Shown in pieces: positions 1-8,974 of a stretch of DNA of 64,000 nt. Origin of the DNA: Oscillospiraceae bacterium (GTDB taxonomy: Bacteria; Bacillota; Clostridia; Oscillospirales; Ruminococcaceae); contig JAFQIY010000031.1 in assembly GCA_017415165.1 (NCBI GenBank), positions 1,246 through 65,245 of the forward strand, in the 5' to 3' direction. The translations under genes were made by a program, and so were the position numbers. The notes below the pieces were generated by a model. The model searched no databases and had not been told where the DNA came from. It saw only the letters and a program-made list of their open reading frames with translations. How positions within the stretch are numbered: the stretch's first letter is position 1; each line of letters begins with the position of its first letter.

Positions 1-1
1 T

Positions 2-556
2 GAACAAGGGATTGATAAAATTCCGCAGGTGCATTTAGGTGCTGCGGCTTGTGCGATTGAGAAAAAGGGTTATCGTACTGACAAAGGTAGTAGAAACAGG
101 AAAATCATTTTTGCCAACTGCAAGGCTGAGATTGTAAGACTTGAATCGGAGTTAGCGTACTTATCAGAAGAAAGGAACAAGCTTAATAAGGAAATAATTG
201 AAAATATTGTAGGTTGTCCTTTTTCGGAAATGAGAATGTTTCACTATACTTCCGATTACATTCAGGCGGTTGAACAAGAACTTATCAAACGTGGAGCACG
301 GTGCGTAAGAACAAAAGTTGATGATGTTACGGATAAGGTTTTCTTTTCTGCAACGAACGCTAAAATCTTTACTGAGGTTCAGAATTATCTGCACAGCGTT
401 TATGAAGCAGTACCAACAATTAACGGCAGAGAGGCTTCTTGGCTTGAGATGATTGCTGAATATGAACGCAAGGTGGCTGAAAATATCAAAACTCATAATA
501 ATGCACCGTCCGAGCAGAATCAGGACAAGCCTTTGAAGAAGCACCGTTCACTGTAA
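2..556 (+). CDS. Relaxase (MobA/MobL-family-like), C-terminal part; the 5' end lies outside the window
   Basis: The frame is open from base 2. The translation EQGIDKIPQVHLGAAACAIEKKGYRTDKG resembles the conserved ERQG..P.VH.G......KG.RTDKG block of MobA/MobL relaxases. Mobilisation-type neighbours follow. Confidence 0.55.
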   Translation, partial: EQGIDKIPQVHLGAAACAIEKKGYRTDKGSRNRKIIFANCKAEIVRLESELAYLSEERNKLNKEIIENIVGCPFSEMRMFHYTSDYIQAVEQELIKRGARCVRTKVDDVTDKVFFSATNAKIFTEVQNYLHSVYEAVPTINGREASWLEMIAEYERKVAENIKTHNNAPSEQNQDKPLKKHRSL

Positions 557-604
557 AACCGCTGTGCGTATTTTGTTTTGCGTATGCAAAATTTTAGAGA
601 GGTC

Positions 605-659
605 AAGGAGATACTTCTCCTTGCGCACACAAACTCATTTTGAGTTTGTATAAGTGCGC
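605..659. other. Two adjacent stem-loops downstream of the relaxase gene (terminator and/or oriT-like structure)
   Basis: AAGGAGA-tact-TCTCCTT (605-622), then GCGCAC/ACAAACTCA-ttt-TGAGTTTGT/ataa/GTGCGC (623-659), read directly. Confidence 0.3.
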
Positions 660-794
660 CCTTCGGGATATTTGGTTGGTTTGTTCCAAGATTATTGATT
701 AGTGCAAACCGAATTTCCCACAGCGTTAGCTGTTCCTCCTGCGTATGCAGTGAGGCAAATGTGATTGATTTTATGAAAGAGAGGGATTTATATT

Positions 795-1211
795 ATGCCA
801 AGAAAATCTGATATAGCAGAAATGAAAGCGAAGCTTGCAAAATACGATGAGCGAAAAAGGGACACGGAAAAGGCTTTATCCAAGATAGAGACTTCCAGAA
901 AGGAGCTTGTAGCAAAGATTGCTGCTGAGGAAAGAAAAGAACGCACTCATAATCTTTGTGAGGTGGGTGGACTGGTTTACAAGTATTTTGGTGAGAACCT
1001 GACTGGTGAGCAGTTTAAGGAAATTCTTGATATGCTGTTCAAAATAAACGGCGTGCAAGAGTTTGTTAATGCCGAAAAGGACAAGCGTGCTTTGGCTGAA
1101 ATTGCGAGGGTTGAAAATATCACTTCTGGTATTGATGAAAGTGATGATAAGGAAGAAAATGTGAAATCTGAACTGAGTGGTTATTGCGGTTCAGGAAGAT
1201 TTAGTGCTTAA
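795..1211 (+). CDS. Coiled-coil mobilisation accessory protein (DUF3847-like)
   Basis: 138-aa ORF with a Lys/Glu-rich coiled-coil N-terminus. It sits between the relaxase and recombinase genes. The family assignment is from memory of similar proteins next to MobA/MobL genes. Confidence 0.5.
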   Translation: MPRKSDIAEMKAKLAKYDERKRDTEKALSKIETSRKELVAKIAAEERKERTHNLCEVGGLVYKYFGENLTGEQFKEILDMLFKINGVQEFVNAEKDKRALAEIARVENITSGIDESDDKEENVKSELSGYCGSGRFSA

Positions 1212-1226
1212 TGCAGGGAGGTTAAA

Positions 1227-1454
1227 TTGAGAAGAAATGTGTTACTTACAAATACCGCTGTAGAAAACAATTCTATGAGTGTTGAAAATTCAGAGCCAAA
1301 TATTGAAATTCCAACCGATTGTTTGGATGAATTTGTAACAGCTATGAAAATTGGATATTACAAAGAATTTTACAAGCAGGGACTTATTACTTCCGAACAG
1401 CTTGAACAGTTGATTTCAATGCAGGGTAAGTCATCTGAGGAAAAAGCAGCGTAA
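1227..1454 (+). CDS. Small hypothetical protein of the mobile element
   Basis: 75-codon ORF with a TTG start 5 nt after GGGAGG (1216-1221). An alternative ATG lies at 1275. No function recognised. Confidence 0.4.
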   Translation: MRRNVLLTNTAVENNSMSVENSEPNIEIPTDCLDEFVTAMKIGYYKEFYKQGLITSEQLEQLISMQGKSSEEKAA

Positions 1455-1520
1455 TTAAAATCCCTTGCACATATACTGTTCGCATTTGACCTACTGTTCT
1501 GAAATTCTAATCTTTACATC

Positions 1521-1549
1521 TTGACTTTCGGATGCTAAAGTGATAAAAT
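1521..1549 (+). promoter_or_regulatory. Sigma-A-type promoter for the recombinase gene
   Basis: TTGACT (1521-1526), 17-nt spacer, TAAAAT (1544-1549). Confidence 0.45.
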
Positions 1550-1599
1550 ATATGTGCAGGGGGATATTTTATCCCCATAATATTGGGGAAAGGAGGACT

Positions 1600-3219
1600 A
1601 TGAATAACAAAATCAAGGTTGCGGCATACTGCCGCGTTTCTACAGATTATGAAGACCAATTAAATTCGCTTTCAACACAGATTAAGTATTTCACTGAATA
1701 CATAAGCACTCACGATGGATGGGAACTTATTGAGGTTTACTATGACGAGGGCATAACGGGAACATCAGTAAAAAAACGTGACGGTTTCAACAGAATGATT
1801 AAAGATTGCGAAAACGGAAAAATTAACCTTATACTTACAAAAGAGGTTTCACGTTTTGCAAGAAATACCGTTGACACTCTTTGCTTCACCCGTAAGCTTT
1901 CCGCACTTGGTATCGGTGTTATCTTTATGAATGATGGTATTGATACCCGTGATAAAGACGGAGAGCTGCGACTGACAATTATGGCTTCTATTGCTCAGGA
2001 GGAAAGTCGTAAGGTTTCTGAAAGAGTAAAATGGGGTATTCGGCGTAAGATGTAGGATGGGTTTGTTTATGGTTACAGTCGTATGTATGGGTTTAACATC
2101 AGAGATGGCAAGCTTGAAGTTATTCCCGACGAAGCAGAGGTTGTAAAGAAAATATTTAATATGTATCTTTACGAGGGTAAAGGCAGCACACGAATTGCAA
2201 ACGAGCTTAATGCCGCAGGATATTTTACATCTACGGGTAAAATATGGCGACAGGATGCCGTTATACGAATTCTCAAGAATGACAAATACTGCGGCAATCT
2301 TACTCAATGGAAACATTGCTGCACAGATTTTCTTTCACACAAGGTTGTTCATAATGACGGAAGCTATGCGGATATGCCATTGATTACGATTGAAGACCAT
2401 CATGAACAGATTATCTCTGTTGAAGTATTTGAACAGGTTCAAGAACTTCTTGATAAAAGAGGCAGGCTTGCACGAGAAGGTCGCAAATTTTCTCAGCACT
2501 ACTGGTACAGCAGCCGTGTTTACTGTGGCAAATGCGGCTGGGCATATGGTGTAACGGGAAGAAAAAGTCTTGAAAATCGCTGTCTGAGATGTGTAAATCG
2601 TTCAAAACATGGTGCAAGTCACAGAATTGACGCTAATGGTGCGGATGTTGGCTGTGACAATAAATTCATTACGGAAAATGTTTTGAAATGCGGTATGAAA
2701 TACATTTTGGAACACATAAAAAGCAGTCGAGACTCCATTGTGAGTCAGCTGCTTACAGAAATACAACTTATTCAGAGTGAAACACCTGCAATTGATACTG
2801 CACCTATTCAAGAAGAAATTGACAAGCTTGTAAAAAAGAAACACAAGGCTATTGATATGATGCTTGAAGAACTTATTTCTAAAGACGATTTGAAAAATCA
2901 GGTTGATTTTTACGATGCCGAAATTGCAAAGCTGACAGATAAGATTACAAAAAATCAGAATATCGGAGCTGTTCACAAACAGCAGCTTGACGGTATTAAA
3001 AGTTACATTAAGCAGGTTAATCAGACATCTGATATTTCTACCGACAGCACAGAAATTTATGGAACAGTTCTAAAGAAAATCACTGTACACAGGGATGGCT
3101 TGATTGATTTTGAACTTAACTGTGTTCCTTTTACTTTCAGGATTTATTATCATCAGAAAAGGCTTGCAAATGCCCGTAAATTCAAGGTTTGCATTGATAA
3201 CTGCGAGGTTATCGCTTAA
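1600..3219 (+). pseudogene. Large serine recombinase interrupted by an in-frame TAG at 2053-2055
   Basis: ATG 1600 follows AGGAGG. The resolvase domain shows AAYCRVST (catalytic Ser) and ...SRFARNT...ESRKVSERVKWG. ORFs 1540-2055 and 2083-3219 are in the same frame, and the sequence continues RRKM*DGFVYGYSRMYGF into the recombinase domain, a zinc ribbon (CGKCG...CLRC) and a coiled coil. Confidence 0.8.
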
Positions 3220-3241
3220 TTGTGTTTTTTCGGTGGGTTGA

Positions 3242-3400
3242 GGCACACCTGTGCTTAAAAACGGAGTCCAGATGAAACAGATTCAGGAATGGTTAGGACA
3301 TTCAAGCTTCAACACAACAGCAAATACTTACAGCCATCTTGACTATTCATCAAAAATTATGTCTGCGGAAACTATGGAAAAAATTCTTGGTGTGGTGTAA
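3242..3400 (+). pseudogene. C-terminal remnant of a tyrosine recombinase/integrase
   Basis: Open frame GTPVLKNGVQMKQIQEWLGHSSFNTTANTYSHLDYSSK...*. It has the classic LGHS..TT...Y.H motif including the catalytic Tyr, but no N-terminal or RHxxxT part. It is below the ORF-track size cutoff. Confidence 0.7.
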
Positions 3401-3508
3401 TTTGTTGTATTGTGATGTATCGTAAAGTATCTTCTTTGTGTCGTTTTTGTGCCGTTTGGCTTGAAAATGGGGAGTTCAAGTGATAAGATCATGGGTGAAA
3501 CAGGGAAA

Positions 3509-3551
3509 TAAAAAAACACCTCAAACCCTGATTTTAAAAGGATTTGAGGTG
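3509..3551 (-). terminator. Rho-independent terminator downstream of tRNA-Leu
   Basis: Stem CACCTCAAAcCC / GGaTTTGAGGTG (3517-3551), with an A-run at 3509-3516 that is a U-run on the minus strand. Confidence 0.6.
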
Positions 3552-3555
3552 ATTT

Positions 3556-3642
3556 TGGTGCCGCTAACCGGACTTGAACCGGTACGGTATCGCTACCGAG
3601 GGATTTTAAGTCCCTTGTGTCTGCCTATTCCACCACAGCGGC
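3556..3642 (-). tRNA. tRNA-Leu, anticodon UAA (class II, long variable arm, CCA encoded)
   Basis: The reverse complement is GCCGCTGTGGTGGAATAGGCAGACACAAGGGACTTAAAATCCCTCGGTAGCGATACCGTACCGGTTCAAGTCCGGTTAGCGGCACCA. The cloverleaf was folded by hand, and the anticodon loop is CTTAAAA. Confidence 0.9.
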
Positions 3643-3714
3643 ACAACTGATATTTGCTAAGTAATTATATAACATTTTCACTTGTTTGTCAAGCAGAATT
3701 TTGAAATTTTGCGG

Positions 3715-3743
3715 TTGAAATGCAGGAAATCATATGGTATAAT
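3715..3743 (+). promoter_or_regulatory. Sigma-A-type promoter
   Basis: TTGAAA (3715-3720), 17 nt, TATAAT (3738-3743). Confidence 0.5.
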
Positions 3744-3766
3744 TGTATTTATTCGGAGGTGCAGAT

Positions 3767-4288
3767 ATGATAATACTCATTTCAGGCGCAACACACAGCG
3801 GAAAAACACTTTTTGCGCAAAGGCTGCTGGAGAAATATCATTATCCGTATTTATCAATTGACCATCTGAAAATGGGGCTTATTCGCAGCGGACAGACAAA
3901 GCTTACGGTCTGTGATGACGAAAAGCTTGTTCCATATCTGTGGAGTATTGTTTGTGAGATGATAAAAACAGCGGTAGAAAACAATCAGAATATGATTATA
4001 GAAGGCTGTTACATTCCATTTGACTGGAAAAAGGATTTTACCGAGGAATATCTTGCGCATATTACATATTGTTGTCTGATTATGACGGAGAAATATATCC
4101 GCAGCAATTTTCATAACATCAGCGGTTATGCAAATGCTATTGAACAGCGTCTTGATGACAGTTATCTGAATATTGAACAGCTTGTCAGTGAACATTCCTA
4201 CAATCTTGAAATGTGCAGTAAGTATGGGTGTGAATATATTCTTATCAATGAAAATTATATAGAAGAATTGGAAAAAGGTATGGTGTAA
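3767..4288 (+). CDS. P-loop NTPase, small kinase-like protein
   Basis: Walker A GATHSGKT at the N-terminus. ATG 3767 lies 6 nt after GGAGGTG. Confidence 0.6.
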   Translation: MIILISGATHSGKTLFAQRLLEKYHYPYLSIDHLKMGLIRSGQTKLTVCDDEKLVPYLWSIVCEMIKTAVENNQNMIIEGCYIPFDWKKDFTEEYLAHITYCCLIMTEKYIRSNFHNISGYANAIEQRLDDSYLNIEQLVSEHSYNLEMCSKYGCEYILINENYIEELEKGMV

Positions 4289-4304
4289 CCCATACCTTTT
4301 GATT

Positions 4305-5093
4305 TTAATAATGTACTTTTTCCTTTTTGACACCTGAAATTCTGAAACGCAGACGGAGATTGTCCGTAATGAGGGCGATGAATTCGGAGTTGGTAGGTTT
4401 GCCCTTGCCGCAGTTTATGGTATATCCGAACATAGAGTTGAGGGTATCTACGTCACCTCTGTCCCAGGCAGTTTCAATTGCGTGGCGGATTGCTCTTTCT
4501 ACACGCGAGGCGGTTGTATTGAAGTGCTTGGCAACGGATGGGTAAAGCTGTTTTGTTACGCTTTCAAGCATTTCATCGTTGTTGAAGGAAAGAATGATAG
4601 CTTCACGCAGGTAGTGATAACCCTTGATATGCGCAGGAATACCAATCTGGTGAATAATATCGGTAACAATCATTTCAAGCTTTGTTTTCTCATCGTTATT
4701 GCTGACTAACTCATTTACTGAAAGCAAAGAAATTCTTTTGACTATGTTAATAAACGACTCGGCATCAAAAGGTTTCAGAATGAAATATGCATTGGCAAAG
4801 GACATTATCTGCTGTTCAAGGAATGCGTTCTTGTAAGGTGAAGCAACGATAAAGAAAGGCTTTTTGTCCATCTCTGAATTGATTTTCTCAATCAGGCTTG
4901 TTGCGTCGCAGCCTGTCATAAGTGCATCACAAAGAACGATATCCGGTCCGTATTCGGCAATTGCAGCAGCTGCAGCGGTGCCGTCGGGAATACATCTTCT
5001 GAATTCCAGACCTGAAATCTCCAGAATTTTGAAAAATCCATCGCTGTAGTCGTCTGTACTTCCGCATATAAGTATTTTTGTTGTGGGTGCCAT
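4305..5093 (-). CDS. spo0A: Sporulation master response regulator Spo0A
   Basis: The C-terminal Spo0A signature is [17 protein letters not shown]...[16 protein letters not shown]. The receiver domain has Asp in VLCDALM and Lys in FILKPF. ATG 5093 lies 7 nt after AGGAGGT. Confidence 0.9.
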   Translation of the reverse strand: MAPTTKILICGSTDDYSDGFFKILEISGLEFRRCIPDGTAAAAAIAEYGPDIVLCDALMTGCDATSLIEKINSEMDKKPFFIVASPYKNAFLEQQIMSFANAYFILKPFDAESFINIVKRISLLSVNELVSNNDEKTKLEMIVTDIIHQIGIPAHIKGYHYLREAIILSFNNDEMLESVTKQLYPSVAKHFNTTASRVERAIRHAIETAWDRGDVDTLNSMFGYTINCGKGKPTNSEFIALITDNLRLRFRISGVKKEKVHY

Positions 5094-5221
5094 AATGATT
5101 ACCTCCTGTATTTTCTGTTCCATATTTTACCATATGGTTTCTTAAAAATCAATAGCTTTTGACAAATTTTCTCAGGAAAATTTCGGTATGATTTTGCAAA
5201 AAAATATAAAAATCTGCATCT

Positions 5222-5228
5222 TTCGACA
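5222..5228 (-). promoter_or_regulatory. Consensus 0A box (TGTCGAA) upstream of spo0A
   Basis: The plus strand reads TTCGACA. A near-copy, TGTCAAA, lies at 5158-5164. Confidence 0.35.
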
Positions 5229-5385
5229 AATTACTAAAAACAATAATATAAAGATTATACAGGAAATGGAAAAGACGTTAATTAATATATTGGCGATAAA
5301 TTGTAAATAAATAATGTATGAGCCTGAATACGAACATTATCAATAGTGAAAATGTTGAAATTACGTTAATATTATCGTTTAGCAC

Positions 5386-5414
5386 TTGAAAAGTTTGCGA
5401 TTATAATGTATAAT
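5386..5414 (+). promoter_or_regulatory. Sigma-A-type promoter of the ABC operon
   Basis: TTGAAA (5386-5391), 17 nt, TATAAT (5409-5414). Confidence 0.45.
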
Positions 5415-5450
5415 TCAAATGTTGTATTATTTTATAAGGAGATTATTATT

Positions 5451-6188
5451 ATGAAAATTTCAAAAATTATCTGTGCAGCTCTTGCTTCTGCAATGGTACT
5501 CGCATTTGCAGGCTGCGGTGAAAAGGAAAAAACAACTCTTGTTATGGCAACAAATGCCGAATTCCCTCCATATGAGTACCGAGAGGGCGACCAGATTGTG
5601 GGCATCGATGCTGAAATTGCTCAGGCAATCGCTGATGACCTCGGTCTTGAACTTGTTATTGAGGATATGGCTTTCGACTCCATTATTGCTGCTGTACAGT
5701 CAGGCAAGGCTGATATGGGCGTTGCAGGTATGACAGTTGATGAGGACAGACTCAAGAATGTAAATTTCTCTACACCATACACAACAGCTGCTCAGGTTGT
5801 TATTGTAAAGGAAGGCTCCGAAATTGCTTCTCCTGCTGACCTCGTAGGCAAGAAAATCGGTGTTCAGCTTGGTACAACAGGCGACATCTTCGCAGGCGAT
5901 ATCGAGGACGCAACAGTTGAGCGTTTCAACAAGGGCTTTGAGGCTGTACAGTCCCTCAATCAGGACAAGGTTGACGCAGTAATTATCGACCGTGAACCTG
6001 CAAAGGTATTCGTTGCGCAGAACGAAGGTCTTGCAATTCTCGATGAGGCTTACACAATTGAGGAATACGCAATCGCAGTTGCTAAGGACAACACCGAGCT
6101 TCTTGAAGATATCAATGCTTCTCTTGCAAGACTTGAAGAATCAGGCAAGCTTGCAGAAATTATCGGCAAGTACATCAAAGCCGAATAA
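5451..6188 (+). CDS. Amino-acid ABC transporter substrate-binding lipoprotein (family 3)
   Basis: Signal peptide plus lipobox LAFAGC. Family-3 SBP motifs (PPYEY, GIDAEIA, KADMGVAGMT). AAGGAG lies 9 nt upstream of the ATG. Confidence 0.85.
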   Translation: MKISKIICAALASAMVLAFAGCGEKEKTTLVMATNAEFPPYEYREGDQIVGIDAEIAQAIADDLGLELVIEDMAFDSIIAAVQSGKADMGVAGMTVDEDRLKNVNFSTPYTTAAQVVIVKEGSEIASPADLVGKKIGVQLGTTGDIFAGDIEDATVERFNKGFEAVQSLNQDKVDAVIIDREPAKVFVAQNEGLAILDEAYTIEEYAIAVAKDNTELLEDINASLARLEESGKLAEIIGKYIKAE

Positions 6189-6235
6189 AAACCAAACAAG
6201 CGAAGCTTGTTTGGCAAAAAGTTTACATTTTCGGT

Positions 6236-6266
6236 GTGCAGGGCAGCCGTCCTGCACGCTGTTTTT
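6236..6266 (+). terminator. Intra-operon hairpin/terminator after the binding-protein gene
   Basis: GTGCAGG...CCTGCAC followed by GCTGTTTTT. A second hairpin, CCAAACAAGC-gaa-GCTTGTTTGG, lies at 6192-6214. Confidence 0.5.
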
Positions 6267-6306
6267 CAGTTAAGGCTACAAAAATAATCGGGAAAGGATT
6301 GTTCAG

Positions 6307-7008
6307 ATGACGGAATGGTTCAGAGAACTGGCAGACAGGTTCTATAATAATTTTATAAAAGATGACCGCTGGCAGTATATAACCAACGGTTTGTGGGTTA
6401 CAATACAGATAACGGTGCTTGCTGTACTGGTTGGTATCGTAATCGGCTTTCTTGTGGCAATTATCCGCTCAACACACGATAAGACAGGTAAGATGAAAAT
6501 CGCAAACTTTATCTGCCGTATCTACCTCACTGTAATCAGAGGTACGCCTGTTGTTGTTCAGCTTCTCATTATTTACTACGGTATTTTTGCTTCGGTAAAT
6601 ATCAATAAGATGATTGTTGCGGTAATAGCTTTCGGTATCAACTCAGGCGCTTACGTTGCGGAAATCGTGCGAAGCGGTATTATGTCCATCGACAAGGGTC
6701 AGTTTGAGGCAGGACGCAGCCTCGGCTTCAACTATGCTCAGACTATGATTTATATTATCATTCCGCAGGCATTCAAAAATGTTCTTCCTGCACTGGGTAA
6801 CGAGCTTATCGTGCTTCTCAAGGAAACTTCCGTATCAGGCTACATAGCTATGGAGGACCTTACAAAGGGCGGCGATATTATCAGAAGCCGTACCTATGAC
6901 GCTATGATGCCGCTGCTTGCGGTTGCAATCATTTATCTGACAGTTGTAGTATTCCTGGAATTCCTTGTAGGAAAGCTGGAAAGGAGGCTGAGAAACAGTG
7001 ACCACTGA
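6307..7008 (+). CDS. Amino-acid ABC transporter permease (His/Glu/Gln/Arg/opine family)
   Basis: Multi-TM protein with the permease EAA-like region ...[13 protein letters not shown]... Confidence 0.85.
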   Translation: MTEWFRELADRFYNNFIKDDRWQYITNGLWVTIQITVLAVLVGIVIGFLVAIIRSTHDKTGKMKIANFICRIYLTVIRGTPVVVQLLIIYYGIFASVNINKMIVAVIAFGINSGAYVAEIVRSGIMSIDKGQFEAGRSLGFNYAQTMIYIIIPQAFKNVLPALGNELIVLLKETSVSGYIAMEDLTKGGDIIRSRTYDAMMPLLAVAIIYLTVVVFLEFLVGKLERRLRNSDH

Positions 7009-7744
7009 TAACGTTCTTATCTCCGTAAAGGACTTGAAGAAAAAGTTCGACGGTATGGAAAATCACGCTCTTAACGGCGTGTCAGTTGATATCCACAACG
7101 GTGAGGTTGTGTTTGTTGTAGGTCCGTCAGGCTCCGGTAAGAGTACGTTTCTACGCTGTCTTAACCTGCTTGAAGAACCAACTGAGGGAACAATCCATTT
7201 TGACGGCATTGATATTACCGACCCTAAGACAGACATCAATATGCACCGTCAGAAAATGGGTATGGTTTTCCAGCAGTTCAATCTTTTCCCGCATATGACT
7301 GTTATGAGAAATCTTACGCTTGCACCTATGAAGCTTCAGGGCAAAACCAAGGAGGAAGCTGAAAAAACAGCTATGGAGCTGCTTGAAAGAGTTGGTCTTG
7401 CAAACCGTGCAGACGCTTATCCAAATCAGCTTTCGGGCGGACAGAAGCAGCGTATTGCTATTGTCCGTGCACTTTGTATGAAGCCAGAGGTTATGCTTTT
7501 CGACGAGCCAACTTCCGCCCTCGACCCTGAAATGGTCGGCGAGGTACTGGGTGTAATGAGAGAGCTTGCCGAGGATAATATGACGATGGTTGTTGTAACC
7601 CACGAAATGGCTTTTGCCAAGGAGGTTGCAAGCCGTATCATATTTATGGATAACGGAAATATTCTGGAAGAAAATTCTCCCGAAGAATTTTTCGGCAATC
7701 CGAAAAGCGAGAGGCTCAAAAGCTTCCTCAGCAAGGTTATATAA
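6998..7744 (+). CDS. Amino-acid ABC transporter ATP-binding protein
   Basis: Walker [10 protein letters not shown], signature LSGGQKQR, Walker [12 protein letters not shown]. The GTG start overlaps the permease stop. Confidence 0.9.
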   Translation: MTTDNVLISVKDLKKKFDGMENHALNGVSVDIHNGEVVFVVGPSGSGKSTFLRCLNLLEEPTEGTIHFDGIDITDPKTDINMHRQKMGMVFQQFNLFPHMTVMRNLTLAPMKLQGKTKEEAEKTAMELLERVGLANRADAYPNQLSGGQKQRIAIVRALCMKPEVMLFDEPTSALDPEMVGEVLGVMRELAEDNMTMVVVTHEMAFAKEVASRIIFMDNGNILEENSPEEFFGNPKSERLKSFLSKVI

Positions 7745-7749
7745 CAATA

Positions 7750-7778
7750 AACGTCCGAAATGTTACGTTTCGGACGTT
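7750..7778 (+). terminator. Rho-independent terminator of the ABC operon
   Basis: AACGTCCGAAA...TTTCGGACGTT followed by a T-rich tract. Confidence 0.6.
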
Positions 7779-7803
7779 GAATATTTTTACGGAGGTAACG
7801 GAA

Positions 7804-8727
7804 ATGAATTCCGCAATTACCATTTTATATCAGATTGTGATAATGTTCATTCTGATAATGTTCGGTTTTTTCCTTTATAAAAAGGGAAGCTTTACAAAAC
7901 GCGGCTGCAGTCAGCTTTCAAACTTCGTGCTGAGTGCGGTTTGTCCCGTGCTGATTTTCACGTCATTTCAGAAGGAGCTTGACGAAAAGCTTATTAACGG
8001 TCTGCTTATGGCATTTCTGTTTGCTTTTTTTGCACACGTTATCCTCATTGCTCTTGGAGTGATTTTCTGCGGTAAGCGCAGGGGAGAGGACGCAGGGGTT
8101 GAGCGTTTTGCGGTAGCCTACTCAAATTGTGCTTTTCTCGGAATACCGCTTATTCAGGCGGTATACGGCACGGATGGCATTTTCTATCTGACAGCTTATA
8201 TCGCAATGTTCAATCTTCTTTCCTGGACTCACGGAATTATGACAATGACAGAGCATATGAATTTCAGGTTTGCTGTAAATGCACTGAAAGCGCCTGCCGT
8301 AGTAGCTACCTTTGTGGGACTTGTATTCTTCTTCCTGCAAATCCGCCTGCCCGATGTGGTTATGCAGCCGCTGAATTATATAGCGTCCCTTAACACACCA
8401 CTTGCAATGCTTATTTCGGGAATGACGATTGCACGCTCCGATTTGAAGAATGCACTGAAAAAATCGGGTATCTATCTGACAGGTTTCCTGAAGCTTATTG
8501 CTGGACCGCTTCTTCTTATGCTTGTAATGCTGCCTTTTAATGCGGACCCTGTTGTTGCAAATACAATTCTCATTTCAGCAGCTTGTCCCACAGCAACTTC
8601 CACTATAATGTTTGCAACAAGGTACAGCAAAAATGCGGTCTATGCCTCCGAAATATTTGCGATTTCAACAATTGTTTCAGCGGTGACAATGCCGCTTGTG
8701 TTGATGATTGCATCGTTTTTTATGTGA
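7804..8727 (+). CDS. AEC (auxin efflux carrier) family transporter
   Basis: Polytopic membrane protein of about 307 aa with a typical AEC N-terminus. ATG 7804 lies 8 nt after GGAGG. Confidence 0.75.
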   Translation: MNSAITILYQIVIMFILIMFGFFLYKKGSFTKRGCSQLSNFVLSAVCPVLIFTSFQKELDEKLINGLLMAFLFAFFAHVILIALGVIFCGKRRGEDAGVERFAVAYSNCAFLGIPLIQAVYGTDGIFYLTAYIAMFNLLSWTHGIMTMTEHMNFRFAVNALKAPAVVATFVGLVFFFLQIRLPDVVMQPLNYIASLNTPLAMLISGMTIARSDLKNALKKSGIYLTGFLKLIAGPLLLMLVMLPFNADPVVANTILISAACPTATSTIMFATRYSKNAVYASEIFAISTIVSAVTMPLVLMIASFFM

Positions 8728-8796
8728 AAAAAGGTGAATTAAGCGTGGTTTTGAATGGGTAAATCCGTTTAAAATAACGTATTTTTAAGCCTGTGC

Positions 8797-8825
8797 TTGA
8801 CGTGTAACGGCTTTTTTGCTATAAT
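8797..8825 (+). promoter_or_regulatory. Sigma-A-type promoter (distal)
   Basis: TTGACG, 17 nt, TATAAT. Confidence 0.45.
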
Positions 8826-8851
8826 TAAAAGGTTAACAGGGCAATTCTGAA

Positions 8852-8869
8852 TTGTAATAATTATTACAA
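8852..8869. promoter_or_regulatory. Perfect 18-bp palindrome, candidate operator
   Basis: TTGTAATAATTATTACAA lies between two candidate promoters upstream of the pseudokinase gene. Confidence 0.4.
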
Positions 8870-8905
8870 AGTGAATACAAAATGTCTACAATTTAATTGA
8901 AATGA

Positions 8906-8934
8906 TTGACTTTTGCAGGTTTAGCTGATATCAT
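8906..8934 (+). promoter_or_regulatory. Sigma-A-type promoter (proximal)
   Basis: TTGACT, 17 nt, TATCAT. Confidence 0.4.
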
Positions 8935-8974
8935 TACTTTCAGAGAAAAGCCGAATTGAAAGGAGGAAGGGAAT

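Larger units (their letters stand above)
1..3253. mobile_element. Right-hand end of a mobilisable integrative element (relaxase plus large serine recombinase; Tn4451-like gene logic)
   Basis: The gene content above. The element ends within about 30 nt of the recombinase stop, where an unrelated integrase reading frame resumes. Confidence 0.55.

Noticed and set aside
1540-1599. An N-terminal extension of the serine recombinase (ORF track start at 1540).
   Set aside because: The promoter -10 (1544-1549) and a hairpin lie inside it. ATG 1600 has a consensus AGGAGG and gives the canonical N-terminus upstream of the catalytic Ser.
2053-2055. TAG decoded as pyrrolysine or by a reassigned genetic code.
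   Set aside because: hemW in the same window terminates at TAG at the expected protein end. No pyl genes or PYLIS-like context are visible. A nonsense mutation is the simpler explanation.
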